Part shown: positions 44,908-54,220 of the stretch, one piece after another | How positions within the stretch are numbered: position 1 is the first letter of the stretch | Layout of the letters: every line of letters begins with the position of its first letter | Source: a virus | Lineage: Duplodnaviria > Caudoviricetes | Virus record (IMG/VR): IMGVR_UViG_3300030330_000562 | Span: 22,434 to 86,433 of that record | Reading direction: 5' to 3' (one strand) | Length of the DNA stretch: 64,000 bases | Translations under genes and position numbers: made by a program | The notes under the pieces: generated by a model | The model's input: the letters and a program-made list of their open reading frames with translations, nothing else | Told to the model about the DNA's origin: nothing | The model's database searches: none

Positions 44908-47900
44908 ATGGCAGGTTATTCAAGACAATCAGCAGCCGATATTATCGCTAATGCGGTTATTAAAGCTGCACCAGTAAATGCAGAATATAACGCAATAAGA
45001 GATGCGTTTGCTTTATCGGGTGGACACAAACACGATGGTAGCTCTACTGAAGGTGCATATGTACCTCTTATAGCTGACACTGATGCGTTAAACAAAGTAG
45101 TAATAGATACATCTAACAATCGCATAGGATTTTTTAGTGAGGTATCGTCTGCTGCAGTAGAGCAATTACGAATACAAGATGGTGCTATTGTTCCTGTAAC
45201 TGATAACGATATAGACCTTGGTACATCTAGTTTAGAGTTTAAAGATTTATATGTAGATGGCATAGGCTATATAGACACTGTACAAATACACGAAAATGCT
45301 ACCATTACTGGCAACCTTACTGTAAACGGAAACACCACTCTTGGTGATGCGGCTACAGATACTGTTACTGTAACTGCTGACGTTGCCTCTCCTCTTATTC
45401 CTTCTGCTGATGACACACATGACCTTGGTGCTGTAGGTGCTGAGTGGCGTAACTTACATATAAATGGCACAGCAAACATAGATGCTCTTGTAGCCGATAC
45501 TGCTGATATTGACGGTGGTACAATTGATGGTTCAACTATAGGTGGTAGTACTGCTGCTGCAGGTAGTTTTACTACAATAGGCTCTTCTGATTTAGCCACA
45601 TTAAACTCACTTACAGTAACAGGTGCTACTGCTCTTAATGGTGGTCTTACTATGGACACCAACAAGTTTACTGTCGCAGATACAAGTGGTAACACTGCAA
45701 TAGCAGGTACGTTAGATGTTACAGGTCAAACAACTGTTGCTAACTTTACAGCTACAGGAACTACCACATTACCTGCTACATCTTTTGGTGACAATAACAT
45801 TACTAATGTTGGAGATATTGCTCTAGATAGTATTAGTGCAGATGACTCTACTATTACTATTACAGGCAATACTACATTTGCTGATGGTTCTTTTAACTTT
45901 GATATAGCTTCTCATGACGGTACAAACGGCCTTGCACTTGGCGGTGTTGTAGTAACAGCTAGTGCAGCAGAACTAAATAAATTAGATGGTGTAAATGTAA
46001 CAACTGCTGAATTAAACATATTAGACGGTGACACTTCAGCTAGTTCAGTAACTTTAGCAGATGCAGATCGTTTTGTAGTAAACGATGATGGCACAATGAA
46101 ACAGGTTGCAGCTACAGCTATCTCTACTTATGTAGGAAGTTCTATTACATCATTATCGAATCTTACTACTACAGGTGCTCTTAATTCTGGCTCTATTACA
46201 TCTGGTTTTGGTAGTATTGATACTGGTTCTAGTACAATTACCACTACAGGAAATATTACTGGTGGTAACATTATAATATCTGACGGTGGTAATATAGGTT
46301 CAGCTAGTGACACAGATGCAATAGCCATTGCTTCTGGTGGTAACGTTACTATGAGTCAAGACTTAATTGTTACAGGAGACTTAACTGTTAATGGTACAAC
46401 CACTACGGTAAATACTACAACTGTTACAATAGATGATCCTGTTTTTACTATTGGAGGTGATACAGCACCTGGATCAGATGACAACAAAGATCGTGGTATA
46501 GAATTTAGATACCATACAGGTTCTGCTGCTAAAGTAGGATTTTTTGGTTTTGATGACAGTGCAGGTAAATTTACATTTATACCAGATGCAACAAATAATA
46601 GTGAGGTTTTTTCAGGTACTGCAGGAACAATTGTAGCCAATCTTGAGGGTGCTGTTACAGGAAATGCTTCAACTGCTACAGCATTAGCAAATACCAGAAC
46701 TATAGCAGGTCAATCTTTTGATGGTACTGCTAATATATCTATTGCCCCTACAGATTTAACAGGGGTAAATTCTACTGCTACTGAATTAAATATTATGGAT
46801 GGTGACACTTCTGCTACGTCAACTACACTTGCAGATGCAGATAGAGTTGTTGTTAATGATGATGGCACTATGGTTCAAGTAGCCCTTACTGATTTTGAGA
46901 CATATTTTGAAGGGGCTTTAGACACCCTTAGCAACGTAACAACGGTAGGTGCTCTTAATGCAGGTAGCATAACAAGTGGTTTTGGGGCTATAGACAACGG
47001 CTCTAGTGCAATTACTACAACAGGCACTATAACTTACGGTAGTTTATCTGACGGTGCAATTACTGTAACTGCTTTTGTTGATGAAGACAACATGGCATCC
47101 AACAGTGCTACACTTATTCCTACTCAACAATCTGTAAAAGCTTACGTAGACTCAGTAGCAGGTTCTGCTAACAATGTTACAGGTCTTAACGCCACAGGTG
47201 CAGAGCTTAACGCAGTGGCAGATTTTAGTGCAGTAAGTGTTGATACAAGTACAGCTATAGCTAACAATGATGCTATACTAATGTTTGATAACGGTAATGA
47301 AATAGGTTATCGTGATGTAGATTTGCTTGATACTTACTTTGCAGGAACAACTAAAACTCTAACAAATAAAACCCTTACATCTCCTGTTGTAACTGGTCTT
47401 CACCTTAATGACTCAGGTTTTACTGTAGAGGGTTCTAGTGCAGATGATAACGAAACTACAGTTAGTTTTACAAACCCAACTGCTGATAGAACAATTACAA
47501 TACCAGATGCTACAGGCACAGTAGCATTACTTTCAAGTGCTCAAGACTTTACAGCACAGCAAACTTTTAGTGCAGGTATGGATATAGATAATGACCAGTT
47601 TATCGGTTGGGGAGGCGGTTCTTCTAGACCTGCAATTACAGGTAACAAAACTAGTAATAAAATGGAGTTTTATGTAGGCGGTAATGAACGTTTAGATTTA
47701 ACTACAACAGATCTCACATCTTCTTTAACTGGATCTTTTAAAGTACCTGTAGGAACTACAGCACAAAGAACAAGTTCTGCTGCTAATGGTATGTTTAGGT
47801 ACAACAGTGATGATGATGCATTTGAAGGTTATGCAGGAGGTGCTTGGGGTGCTATCGGTGGCGGTGGAGATTCACAAACAGCTTCTACATCAAGCACTGC

Positions 47901-48177
47901 ACAAACAGCTATTGCAACCTACACAGCTTCTTCATCATTAGGTATTGAGATTACTGTTGTAGCTACAGATACGGTTGCTACAGAAAGAACAATAACAAAA
48001 CTACTTGTAACACACGATGGATCAACAGCAGTAGCTACACAGTACGGTGAAGTAAACACTGCAACTGCTATGGCTAGTTATGATGTAGATATAAACAGTG
48101 GTAACGTAAGATTGCTTGCAACAGCAGCATCGTCAAATGCAACTAACTTCTCAGTCAATGCAGTTGTATTAGCATAA
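44908..48177 (+). CDS. Long tail fiber
   Basis: 1089 aa, T/S/G/A-rich. Internal duplications (AELN..DGDTSA...LADADR.VVNDDGTM twice; TTGALN.GSITSGFG.ID.GSS.ITTTG twice). Confidence 0.85.
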   Translation: MAGYSRQSAADIIANAVIKAAPVNAEYNAIRDAFALSGGHKHDGSSTEGAYVPLIADTDALNKVVIDTSNNRIGFFSEVSSAAVEQLRIQDGAIVPVTDNDIDLGTSSLEFKDLYVDGIGYIDTVQIHENATITGNLTVNGNTTLGDAATDTVTVTADVASPLIPSADDTHDLGAVGAEWRNLHINGTANIDALVADTADIDGGTIDGSTIGGSTAAAGSFTTIGSSDLATLNSLTVTGATALNGGLTMDTNKFTVADTSGNTAIAGTLDVTGQTTVANFTATGTTTLPATSFGDNNITNVGDIALDSISADDSTITITGNTTFADGSFNFDIASHDGTNGLALGGVVVTASAAELNKLDGVNVTTAELNILDGDTSASSVTLADADRFVVNDDGTMKQVAATAISTYVGSSITSLSNLTTTGALNSGSITSGFGSIDTGSSTITTTGNITGGNIIISDGGNIGSASDTDAIAIASGGNVTMSQDLIVTGDLTVNGTTTTVNTTTVTIDDPVFTIGGDTAPGSDDNKDRGIEFRYHTGSAAKVGFFGFDDSAGKFTFIPDATNNSEVFSGTAGTIVANLEGAVTGNASTATALANTRTIAGQSFDGTANISIAPTDLTGVNSTATELNIMDGDTSATSTTLADADRVVVNDDGTMVQVALTDFETYFEGALDTLSNVTTVGALNAGSITSGFGAIDNGSSAITTTGTITYGSLSDGAITVTAFVDEDNMASNSATLIPTQQSVKAYVDSVAGSANNVTGLNATGAELNAVADFSAVSVDTSTAIANNDAILMFDNGNEIGYRDVDLLDTYFAGTTKTLTNKTLTSPVVTGLHLNDSGFTVEGSSADDNETTVSFTNPTADRTITIPDATGTVALLSSAQDFTAQQTFSAGMDIDNDQFIGWGGGSSRPAITGNKTSNKMEFYVGGNERLDLTTTDLTSSLTGSFKVPVGTTAQRTSSAANGMFRYNSDDDAFEGYAGGAWGAIGGGGDSQTASTSSTAQTAIATYTASSSLGIEITVVATDTVATERTITKLLVTHDGSTAVATQYGEVNTATAMASYDVDINSGNVRLLATAASSNATNFSVNAVVLA

Positions 48178-48202
48178 TAAAAAGCCAAGTGGAGAGTGAA
48201 GC

Positions 48203-50176
48203 GTGGCAAACGATAAAGACTTTAAAGTAGGTACAAGTATAAAACCCAAAAGGTATCTTGAAGCTCTGGGTACTATCTCTTCTAGTGCTACTTCTTTTGA
48301 TTTAGCTAATACGTCTTTTTCTAATAAATCTTTTACAACATCAAGTCAGATTGAGATTGAGCATGGTATAGCTTTAAATACTGACGGTACAAAAATGTTT
48401 GTAATTGACGTTGGCTCTGGAGATGACATAAATGAGTATGCTTTAAGTACAGCCTTTGATGTTTCAACAGCTTCTTTTACAGACAGTTTTTCTTTAAGTT
48501 CTCAAACAAATCAACCCTCTGATCTTCATTTTAAACCTGATGGAACATCTTTTTTTATATCAGATAGGCAAACAGAAGATATATTTCAATATAATATGAC
48601 TTCAGCCTTTGATGTTTCAACAGCTAGTTATGCTAATAAAAGTTTTGCTCAAGCACAGGATACAAATATTTGTGGTTTAACATTTAGTTCTGACGGTACA
48701 AAAATGTACATTGGAGGACTTATAAATGATGAAATATTTCAATACTCATTAAGTTCTGCTTTTGATGTCTCGACAGCCTCTTATGATAGCGTTTCTTTAG
48801 ATATTAGTAGTCAATCAAGTGCAGCATTTAGTATAACTTTTAATAACGATGGAACTAAATTATTTGTTTTAGATAACACTGAATTTATTTTTCAATACAA
48901 CTTATCAACAGCTTTTAATTTAAGTACTGCATCTTACTCAAATATATCTCATCAACTTACAGAAGATACATCTCAAAATAAAGCTTTAACATTTAGTGCT
49001 GATGGTACAAAAATGTATGTTACAGGTAATAGTGTTGGGAAAGTATTTCAATACTCTACATCAGTTAATATAAACAGCTTAGATTTATCTACTGGTTCAG
49101 TTTTTAATTTAACACCAACATCCAGTAGTAGAGTAGATTTAACTAACCCTGCAGCATCAGGTACAAATTCTGGTGCTACTTTATTAATTAATGGTGCAGG
49201 AACTACGGCTGATATAACAGCTATAGCAAATGGTAAAACAGCCTCTGCTGAAGGCAGTAATGGTCCTAACGCATTTTCAAGTAATCCTACTTGTTTTGTT
49301 TGGAAACCAGACGGAACTAAAATTTTTTATCACTTATCAGGAAATAGAGACACATACCACGCTACTCTTTCAACTGCTTTTGATCTTTCTACTTGGACTA
49401 ATGTAGCTTCTAATCCAGTTACCCCTAGTAGCTCAACAATTTTTGGAATCGCATTTAATGATGACGGTACAAAATTTTATGAAAATAATGGAAGTCAAAT
49501 TAGACAGTTTAATCTTTCATCAGCATATGATCTTTCGTCAATAGGTAATTCAGATAGTGGTGCAGATGAAACATTAACTATTTCAGGCGGTAGCTCTACA
49601 AGTTTACATTTTGGTAATAATGGAACTCGTTTATACGCTTTTAAAGAAAATACATCAAGTAGTGGTTTTTATCAGTTTAATTTAACAACAGGTTATGATA
49701 TTTCTACTGCTACTCAACAAAGTTTTGGTAATTTAAATTTTAAAGTAAAAACGCATAGTAATTCAACTGATGACGCTGGAGCATTAGTCTTATCTGAAGA
49801 TGGAACTAAAATGCTTGTTGCAGGTAGTGAAAGTAATACTGCTGTAATATATCTATATGAATTAAGTACTCCATACGAAATTTCTTCTATATCTCTTTCT
49901 AACAGTACAGCTAGTATGACAGATGAAAAATTTATAAAAGGTATTGGATTAGCTGACAGTGATAAAAGATTTTATGTAATAGGTTTTAATACAGATGATT
50001 TTTTTGAGTATTCTGCTGCAAGTGATTTTACTATAACATACAATAGCAGTATAAAATTTTCAGGAGGTACAGCCCCTACTTCTCCTGCTACAGGTGAGAC
50101 AGATATAGTTACATTTGATACAACAGATGGTGGTACTACTTACCTTGCATCTCATGCAATAGATGGAGCTAAGTAA
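48203..50176 (+). CDS. Tail-associated protein: shared scaffold with two beta-propeller inserts
   Basis: Y.LS.AFDVSTAS and F..DGTK(M/L)F repeats, with a GG.AP...D..TF.T.DGGTTY C-terminus. Confidence 0.75.
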   Translation: MANDKDFKVGTSIKPKRYLEALGTISSSATSFDLANTSFSNKSFTTSSQIEIEHGIALNTDGTKMFVIDVGSGDDINEYALSTAFDVSTASFTDSFSLSSQTNQPSDLHFKPDGTSFFISDRQTEDIFQYNMTSAFDVSTASYANKSFAQAQDTNICGLTFSSDGTKMYIGGLINDEIFQYSLSSAFDVSTASYDSVSLDISSQSSAAFSITFNNDGTKLFVLDNTEFIFQYNLSTAFNLSTASYSNISHQLTEDTSQNKALTFSADGTKMYVTGNSVGKVFQYSTSVNINSLDLSTGSVFNLTPTSSSRVDLTNPAASGTNSGATLLINGAGTTADITAIANGKTASAEGSNGPNAFSSNPTCFVWKPDGTKIFYHLSGNRDTYHATLSTAFDLSTWTNVASNPVTPSSSTIFGIAFNDDGTKFYENNGSQIRQFNLSSAYDLSSIGNSDSGADETLTISGGSSTSLHFGNNGTRLYAFKENTSSSGFYQFNLTTGYDISTATQQSFGNLNFKVKTHSNSTDDAGALVLSEDGTKMLVAGSESNTAVIYLYELSTPYEISSISLSNSTASMTDEKFIKGIGLADSDKRFYVIGFNTDDFFEYSAASDFTITYNSSIKFSGGTAPTSPATGETDIVTFDTTDGGTTYLASHAIDGAK

Positions 50177-50532
50177 TGGCTAACGATAAAGACTTTGTTG
50201 TAAGTAAAGATGTAGAAATTGGTAAAGATAGTAAAGTTACTATTGGCACTATATCAAACAACGCTGTTGATTTATCTTCAGGTAATTTTTTTACAGATAC
50301 ACCTGCAGGTGCTGTTACTTACACATTTAATAATCCAGGTGCAGTACAAACATTTCAAATGAAACTTACTGGTGGATCTTCAGCAGCAATTACGTGGCCT
50401 AACTCAGTAAAGTATGAGGGTGGTACAGCACCTGTTGCACCTGGAAATGGTGAAATAGATACGCTAACATTTACGACAGATGACGGTGGTACAACTTATA
50501 TTGGTGTATTAACTGGTCACAATTTAAGCTAA
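50176..50532 (+). CDS. Tail-associated protein: bare scaffold paralog
   Basis: MANDKDF N-terminus identical to 48203, with an ITWP.SVKYEGG.AP...DGGTTY C-terminus. Confidence 0.75.
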   Translation: MANDKDFVVSKDVEIGKDSKVTIGTISNNAVDLSSGNFFTDTPAGAVTYTFNNPGAVQTFQMKLTGGSSAAITWPNSVKYEGGTAPVAPGNGEIDTLTFTTDDGGTTYIGVLTGHNLS

Positions 50533-50551
50533 TACTGGAGAGTGAAAGTAT

Positions 50552-51463
50552 ATGGCTACGACTAACTTTAAAATAAAAAATGGATTGTTATCTAAAAGAT
50601 ATTTGCAAAGTAAATCTGCTGCTACCGTTATAAGTGCAGGGATGTCGTCTCTTATTTTGCAAACTACTGGTAATAATAGTAGTTGGGTACAAAAAACAAC
50701 AGATATTTCTACATATGGTGGGGCTACCGTAAGACCAGTGTATCACTACGATATGATCTCAAGTGTATTTACAGCAGACCTGCAATTAGATAATATTGTT
50801 GTAGGTAATGAAACTTATAATTTTAACAGTAATGCTACAGGTTGGCAAACTACCACTACAGACACAGCTATAGGAAGTTATGATTCTGCAAGTTTTACTA
50901 ATGTTTCAACAGGTTCAACTTCAGGAAGAGTTCTTAGAGACTCAGGAGGAACTCCTTCTAATGGTACAGGAGCTACCACAGATGCAGATGGTAATGGGGC
51001 TGGTGTTGGTTTTTATTTATATTTTGAAACTACAAACCCTGCTAACAGTTCAGCTTATGACTTTCTTCTTAGAGGACCAGAAGTAACATTACCAAGTAAC
51101 CCTACTTGGACTTGGTTTGAAAATAGAACAGGTACAGGTATGGGTAATCTTAATGCCTATCTTTTTGTGTCTGCAGGTATTGCGACTATAGATTTAAGTC
51201 AAGGAAGTTATTTTACACTTTCGTTAGGATCAGCAACAACAGCATCTTTTTCAAATCCACCTGCTACAGGTAAAGCCTACTCTTTTGCTTTAGAAGTAAC
51301 AACTTCAGGAGATTATGCAATTACATGGCCTACATCTATAAAGTGGGAGGGTGGCAGTGCTCCTGCTAATACAGCATCAGGAGCAACAGATTTGTACACA
51401 TTTATAACAGTAGATGGTGGCACTACATACTTCGGTAAAAAAGCTTTAACAGGAGTAGCATAA
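50552..51463 (+). CDS. Tail-associated protein: scaffold with a MAM-like beta-sandwich insert
   Basis: TPS.GTG....GFYLYFETT...LLRGP insert and the same ITWP.SIKWEGG.AP...DGGTTY C-terminus. Confidence 0.7.
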   Translation: MATTNFKIKNGLLSKRYLQSKSAATVISAGMSSLILQTTGNNSSWVQKTTDISTYGGATVRPVYHYDMISSVFTADLQLDNIVVGNETYNFNSNATGWQTTTTDTAIGSYDSASFTNVSTGSTSGRVLRDSGGTPSNGTGATTDADGNGAGVGFYLYFETTNPANSSAYDFLLRGPEVTLPSNPTWTWFENRTGTGMGNLNAYLFVSAGIATIDLSQGSYFTLSLGSATTASFSNPPATGKAYSFALEVTTSGDYAITWPTSIKWEGGSAPANTASGATDLYTFITVDGGTTYFGKKALTGVA

Positions 51464-53394
51464 TGTCACTTAGTAAAATGATAATGGGTCAGTCTGGAAA
51501 TCAAGGTTCAGGTGCAAGTTTAGATGTAGATGATGTTTATAGCACGTTTTTGTATGAGGGAACCAATAACCCAAAAACAATTACCAATGGCATTGACCTT
51601 AGTAACGAAGGTGGATTGGTTTGGAGTAAATCAAGAAGTCACTCAAATGGACATGCACTTGTAGATACTGAGAGAGGCGTAACAAAATATTTAATATCTG
51701 AAAGTACAGACGCAGAAACTACGGATGCATTAACATTAACTTCCTTTAATTCTGATGGTTATACTCTTGGTAGTGACAGTAACTCTGATAGATTTAATAG
51801 AGATAATAGAGAATACGTCTCTTGGACATTTCGCAAAGCCCCTAAGTTTTTTGACATTGTGACGTATACTGGGGATGGCAGTTCCTATCAAACGATCTCT
51901 CATAATTTAGGCACTACTGTTGGTTTTATTATTATCAAAAACCGTAGCCGTAGCGGAGATAATTGGACTTGTTTTCATAGGTCATTAGATGCTAACAAAA
52001 CGTTATATCTTAATACAACTGCTGCTGTTTCAAATACCGCAGCAATAATAAACGTCTCGTCAACAAGTTTTGACGTTGAAAATGGAACATTAACCAACCA
52101 AAATGGGGATAGTTATGTTGCGTATATATTCGCACATAATGACGGTGATGGAGAGTTTGGCCCATCGGGTGACCAAGATATTATTAAATGTGGAAGTTAT
52201 ACTGGGAATGGTTCTACTGATGGCCCTGAGATAAATGTAGGTTTTGAGCCTCAATTTGTAATGATAAAAAGGGCAACTGGTGGTTCGGCAGGTTGGTTTG
52301 TACTCGACAATATGAGGGGAATAACAGCTAATGATAATGATGCTTATTTAGAATGGAATACTTCTAGCCAAGAATTTGATACGTCTGAGTGGTTTGATTT
52401 AAGACCTACTGGATGGAAAAACAGAAGAGATTGGACATTAACAAACCATTCTGGCTCTGAGTACATATACATGGTAATCAGACGTGGCTCACTAGCTGCA
52501 CCTACTAGTTCTAGTCAAGTGTTTGAAGTAGACAACGCAGGTTCTACAGGTGACGGTGTTGATCCTAAATTTAGAAGTGGGTTTCCTGTAGATTTTGCAT
52601 TAAGAAAAGATACAGGGTCAGGTAATTGGGAGGCACTTACACGTTTACTACAAGGAACTTCTTTACGTCCAAATGATACTGATGCAGAGGATAGTGGATC
52701 AGGTGGTGATCAATTTGATTACATGAATGGTTACAATACAGGAACAAACACAGACTCTTCTTTATACAGTTGGATGTGGAAACGTGCTCCTAAATACTTT
52801 GATGTGGTTACTTACACAGGTGCATCAGGTGCTCAAACAATAACTCATAATCTAGGTGTAGTACCTGAAATGATTTGGCTTAAAAAACGATCTGAAGTAT
52901 CAGCGACTAATGGAGGATGGGTTGTTTATCATGGGACAACTAGTAATCTAATATTAAATGAAAATTTTAGTTCTGGTTTTGCTGTGAACAATTCAGTTAA
53001 TCATAGCACCATAAGTGCTACAACTTTTGAAGTAGCAAATGGAAATGCTGATGTTAATGATGTTGGTGAAGATCATGTAGCTTACCTCTTTGCATCAGTT
53101 GCAGGTGTGTCAAAGATAGGCTCAGTAGCACATTCAGGAAGTTCTACTGATGTAGATTGTGGATTTTCTAATGGGTCTAAGTTTGTTTTACTAAAACGTA
53201 CAGATGATACAAGTAATTGGAGACTGTTTGATAGCGATAGAGGAATAGTCTCAGGCAATGACCCTCATACATTTGTAAATTTAAGTAGTGCTCAAAATAC
53301 GTCTACTGATTTAATAGACCCTCTTTCATCAGGTTTTCAGATTACAGATGATTTAGATGATGGTACTTATCTCTTTTATGCTATTGCAGCATAA
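51463..53394 (+). CDS. Tail fiber/receptor-binding protein with repeated beta domains
   Basis: 643 aa with repeats FD.VTYTG....TI.HNLG..P..I..K.R and G.YTGNG...I..GF.P..V.IKR. Confidence 0.75.
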   Translation: MSLSKMIMGQSGNQGSGASLDVDDVYSTFLYEGTNNPKTITNGIDLSNEGGLVWSKSRSHSNGHALVDTERGVTKYLISESTDAETTDALTLTSFNSDGYTLGSDSNSDRFNRDNREYVSWTFRKAPKFFDIVTYTGDGSSYQTISHNLGTTVGFIIIKNRSRSGDNWTCFHRSLDANKTLYLNTTAAVSNTAAIINVSSTSFDVENGTLTNQNGDSYVAYIFAHNDGDGEFGPSGDQDIIKCGSYTGNGSTDGPEINVGFEPQFVMIKRATGGSAGWFVLDNMRGITANDNDAYLEWNTSSQEFDTSEWFDLRPTGWKNRRDWTLTNHSGSEYIYMVIRRGSLAAPTSSSQVFEVDNAGSTGDGVDPKFRSGFPVDFALRKDTGSGNWEALTRLLQGTSLRPNDTDAEDSGSGGDQFDYMNGYNTGTNTDSSLYSWMWKRAPKYFDVVTYTGASGAQTITHNLGVVPEMIWLKKRSEVSATNGGWVVYHGTTSNLILNENFSSGFAVNNSVNHSTISATTFEVANGNADVNDVGEDHVAYLFASVAGVSKIGSVAHSGSSTDVDCGFSNGSKFVLLKRTDDTSNWRLFDSDRGIVSGNDPHTFVNLSSAQNTSTDLIDPLSSGFQITDDLDDGTYLFYAIAA

Positions 53395-53422
53395 TATCAA
53401 ACTCATATGAAAGGATCAATCA

Positions 53423-53920
53423 ATGGGTGAATATAGACATAGAGAATCTGGAGTTGTAAAAACTCAAGGAGAGTGGAGAAAAGAGTATTCTAATACTTCT
53501 TTCCCTGCTGTTTGGACTCAAGATACGTTAGACTTTATGAAGTTAGATGCAGTGTTGCCTAGCCCTCCTGCTACAACAACAGCGTATCAAACAAGTGTGC
53601 GTGATGGCGTTGAGCAAGATAGTAAAGGTAACTGGGTAGAAAAGTATGTAGCCAAGGATATGTTTGCTGATACAACTGTAGATGGAAAAACAGTTACAAA
53701 AGCAGAACATGAAAAAGTATATCAAGAAGCACTTGATGAGGTTACTGGTGAACGTAATAGGTCTACACGAAATAGTAAACTTGCAGAAACAGACTTCTAC
53801 GGTTTGTCAGATGTAACAATGCCAAATAATATAAAAACATATAGACAAGCTCTACGTGATTTACCAACACATAAAAACTGGCCTAATCTAGAAAATACAG
53901 ACTGGCCTACAAAGCCATAA
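53423..53920 (+). CDS. Tail fiber assembly chaperone-like protein
   Basis: R..RN.KLAETD.Y.L.D....YRQALRDLP...WP motif. Confidence 0.8.
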   Translation: MGEYRHRESGVVKTQGEWRKEYSNTSFPAVWTQDTLDFMKLDAVLPSPPATTTAYQTSVRDGVEQDSKGNWVEKYVAKDMFADTTVDGKTVTKAEHEKVYQEALDEVTGERNRSTRNSKLAETDFYGLSDVTMPNNIKTYRQALRDLPTHKNWPNLENTDWPTKP

Positions 53921-53925
53921 AAATC

Positions 53926-53954
53926 TTGACATTTTAATAAAAATGAGTTAAACT
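53926..53954 (+). promoter_or_regulatory. Sigma70-type promoter
   Basis: TTGACA-N17-TAAACT in the intergenic gap. Confidence 0.6.
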
Positions 53955-54209
53955 ATGGGCGATATAAACCTCACAATAGAACAAATAGAAGATATGCTAG
54001 ATAAAGCAGCTAGACGTGGAGCTAAAGAAGCACTACGTTCTATTGGATTACTTGATGATGACGCCCAAAAAGATATCATAGAAATGAGAAGTTTACTAGA
54101 GGCATGGCGTGATACTCGTAAATCTTTCTGGTCAACTGTAGTTAAATTAACCACTGTCGCATTGCTAACATTTATTGCAGGTGCAGTGTGGATGACAATG
54201 GGTAAATAA
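53955..54209 (+). CDS. DUF6127-like small membrane protein (possible holin-like)
   Basis: GAKEALRSIGL.D..A..DI.EMRSLLEAWRD...W.TVV plus a C-terminal transmembrane segment. Confidence 0.65.
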   Translation: MGDINLTIEQIEDMLDKAARRGAKEALRSIGLLDDDAQKDIIEMRSLLEAWRDTRKSFWSTVVKLTTVALLTFIAGAVWMTMGK

Positions 54210-54220
54210 GGAAATAAAGT

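Noticed and set aside
44908-53920. Diversity-generating retroelement or invertible tail-fiber shufflon
   Set aside because: No reverse transcriptase, no template/variable repeat pair with A-specific mismatches, and no inverted crossover sites or invertase next to the tail genes.
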